Positions 36,615-37,247 of a stretch of DNA of 37,247 bases are shown here, one piece after another. The notes below the pieces were generated by a model, which made no database searches, was not told the DNA's origin, and was given only the letters and a program-made list of their open reading frames with translations. Position numbers and translations under genes: made by a program. The DNA comes from an uncultured archaeon (GTDB taxonomy: Archaea; Altiarchaeota; Altiarchaeia; IMC4; SCGC-AAA252-I15). The stretch spans positions 1 to 37,247 of the forward strand of contig CAYREE010000005.1 in assembly GCA_964423225.1 (NCBI GenBank), written 5' to 3'. Position 1 is the first letter of the stretch. Every line of letters starts with the position of its first letter.

Positions 36615-37247
36615 AGCTCCACGAATATATTGCAAACAAATTGTTTTCAGATTATAATGTCCCAATGATACGGGGTTATGTTGTATCAAGTCCTGATGAG
36701 ATAAAAGACTTTGAAAAACCAGTCGTCCTAAAAATCCAGATCCTTTCTGGTGGGCGTGGAAAAGCTGGTGGAGTGAAAAAAGCAGGAGATATAATTGAGG
36801 CTAAAAAGATTGCATCAGAGCTGATAGACTCGAAGATAAAGGATCATAAGGTTGAAAAGCTATTCATAGTTCCTGCAGTCGATTATGACAAAGAATATTA
36901 TCTCGGCTATACGATTGATCGCCAAGATAAAAACACGGTCCTATTAGTATCTGCAAGTGGTGGAATAGATGTTGAACAAGCAGCAAAAAATGATGAGATG
37001 ATACGGATACCAATAGACCCTGTTGACGGCTTTGATGCCAATAGAGTCCTAGAAACACTTGTGGAAAAAGTAGATGAAGCAAAAGAAATAACCTCTATTG
37101 CAGAAAAACTATATGGATTATTCACTGAATATGATGCCACAACCTGCGAGATAAACCCGCTTGTAAGGACTGCAGCCCGTTTACTAGGATAGGATACCAA
37201 ACTGGTATTATATGACAACAGCCTATACAGACACGAGGAATTTACAC
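36611..37247 (+). CDS. sucC: Succinyl-CoA synthetase beta subunit, partial (in-frame TAG at 37190-37192; runs off the window)
   Basis: MKLHEY, VLKIQILSGGRGKAGGV, EYYLG, SGGIDVE, EINPL. Homology continues past the TAG as DTKLVLYDNSLYRH. Confidence 0.88.

Noticed and set aside
37190-37192. Genome-wide TAG recoding
   Set aside because: TAG terminates cdc6, bud32 and cimA at the expected positions, and no other internal TAG was seen in conserved genes.
207-37218. Numerous antisense/overlapping ORFs in the track (e.g. 207..668, 3100..3576, 8417..8857, 13107..13544, 20267..20689, 35845..36207)
   Set aside because: Shadows of well-supported genes with no motifs of their own.

Overview
Gene-dense chromosomal window from an archaeon. 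Evidence: Cdc6/Orc1, aEF-1beta, rpl10e, RNase HII with a PIP-box, archaeal TyrS, UPF0147, stand-alone Bud32 and archaeal-type CimA. The many Cys- and Thr/Ser-rich surface proteins fit an uncultured lineage such as Ca. Altiarchaeota, which is inference only. Housekeeping genes, a citramalate/branched-chain amino-acid cluster (cimA ... leuC-DUF202-leuD-leuB) and a korDABC-sucC operon are interleaved with lineage-specific genes. No tRNA, rRNA, CRISPR or mobile element was seen. Most notable: (1) a circularly permuted bacterial-type alanine dehydrogenase with the NAD-binding domain before the substrate domain and the catalytic motifs intact; (2) an unannotated, strongly base-paired ~235-nt element between a TATA-like box and a T-tract directly upstream of cdc6, with an SRP-RNA-like topology but no canonical helix 8; (3) an Ile-rich short ORF plus a hairpin/U-tract in the leader of cimA, a candidate attenuator; (4) a two-gene operon of tandem-GNAT proteins; (5) paralogous CxxC-repeat surface proteins and a shared P-x-G-R-F-T motif after N-terminal helices. 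Several apparent single-base frame disruptions (~5482, ~28220, possibly ~19780) and an in-frame TAG near the window end may be assembly errors, which tempers some findings.
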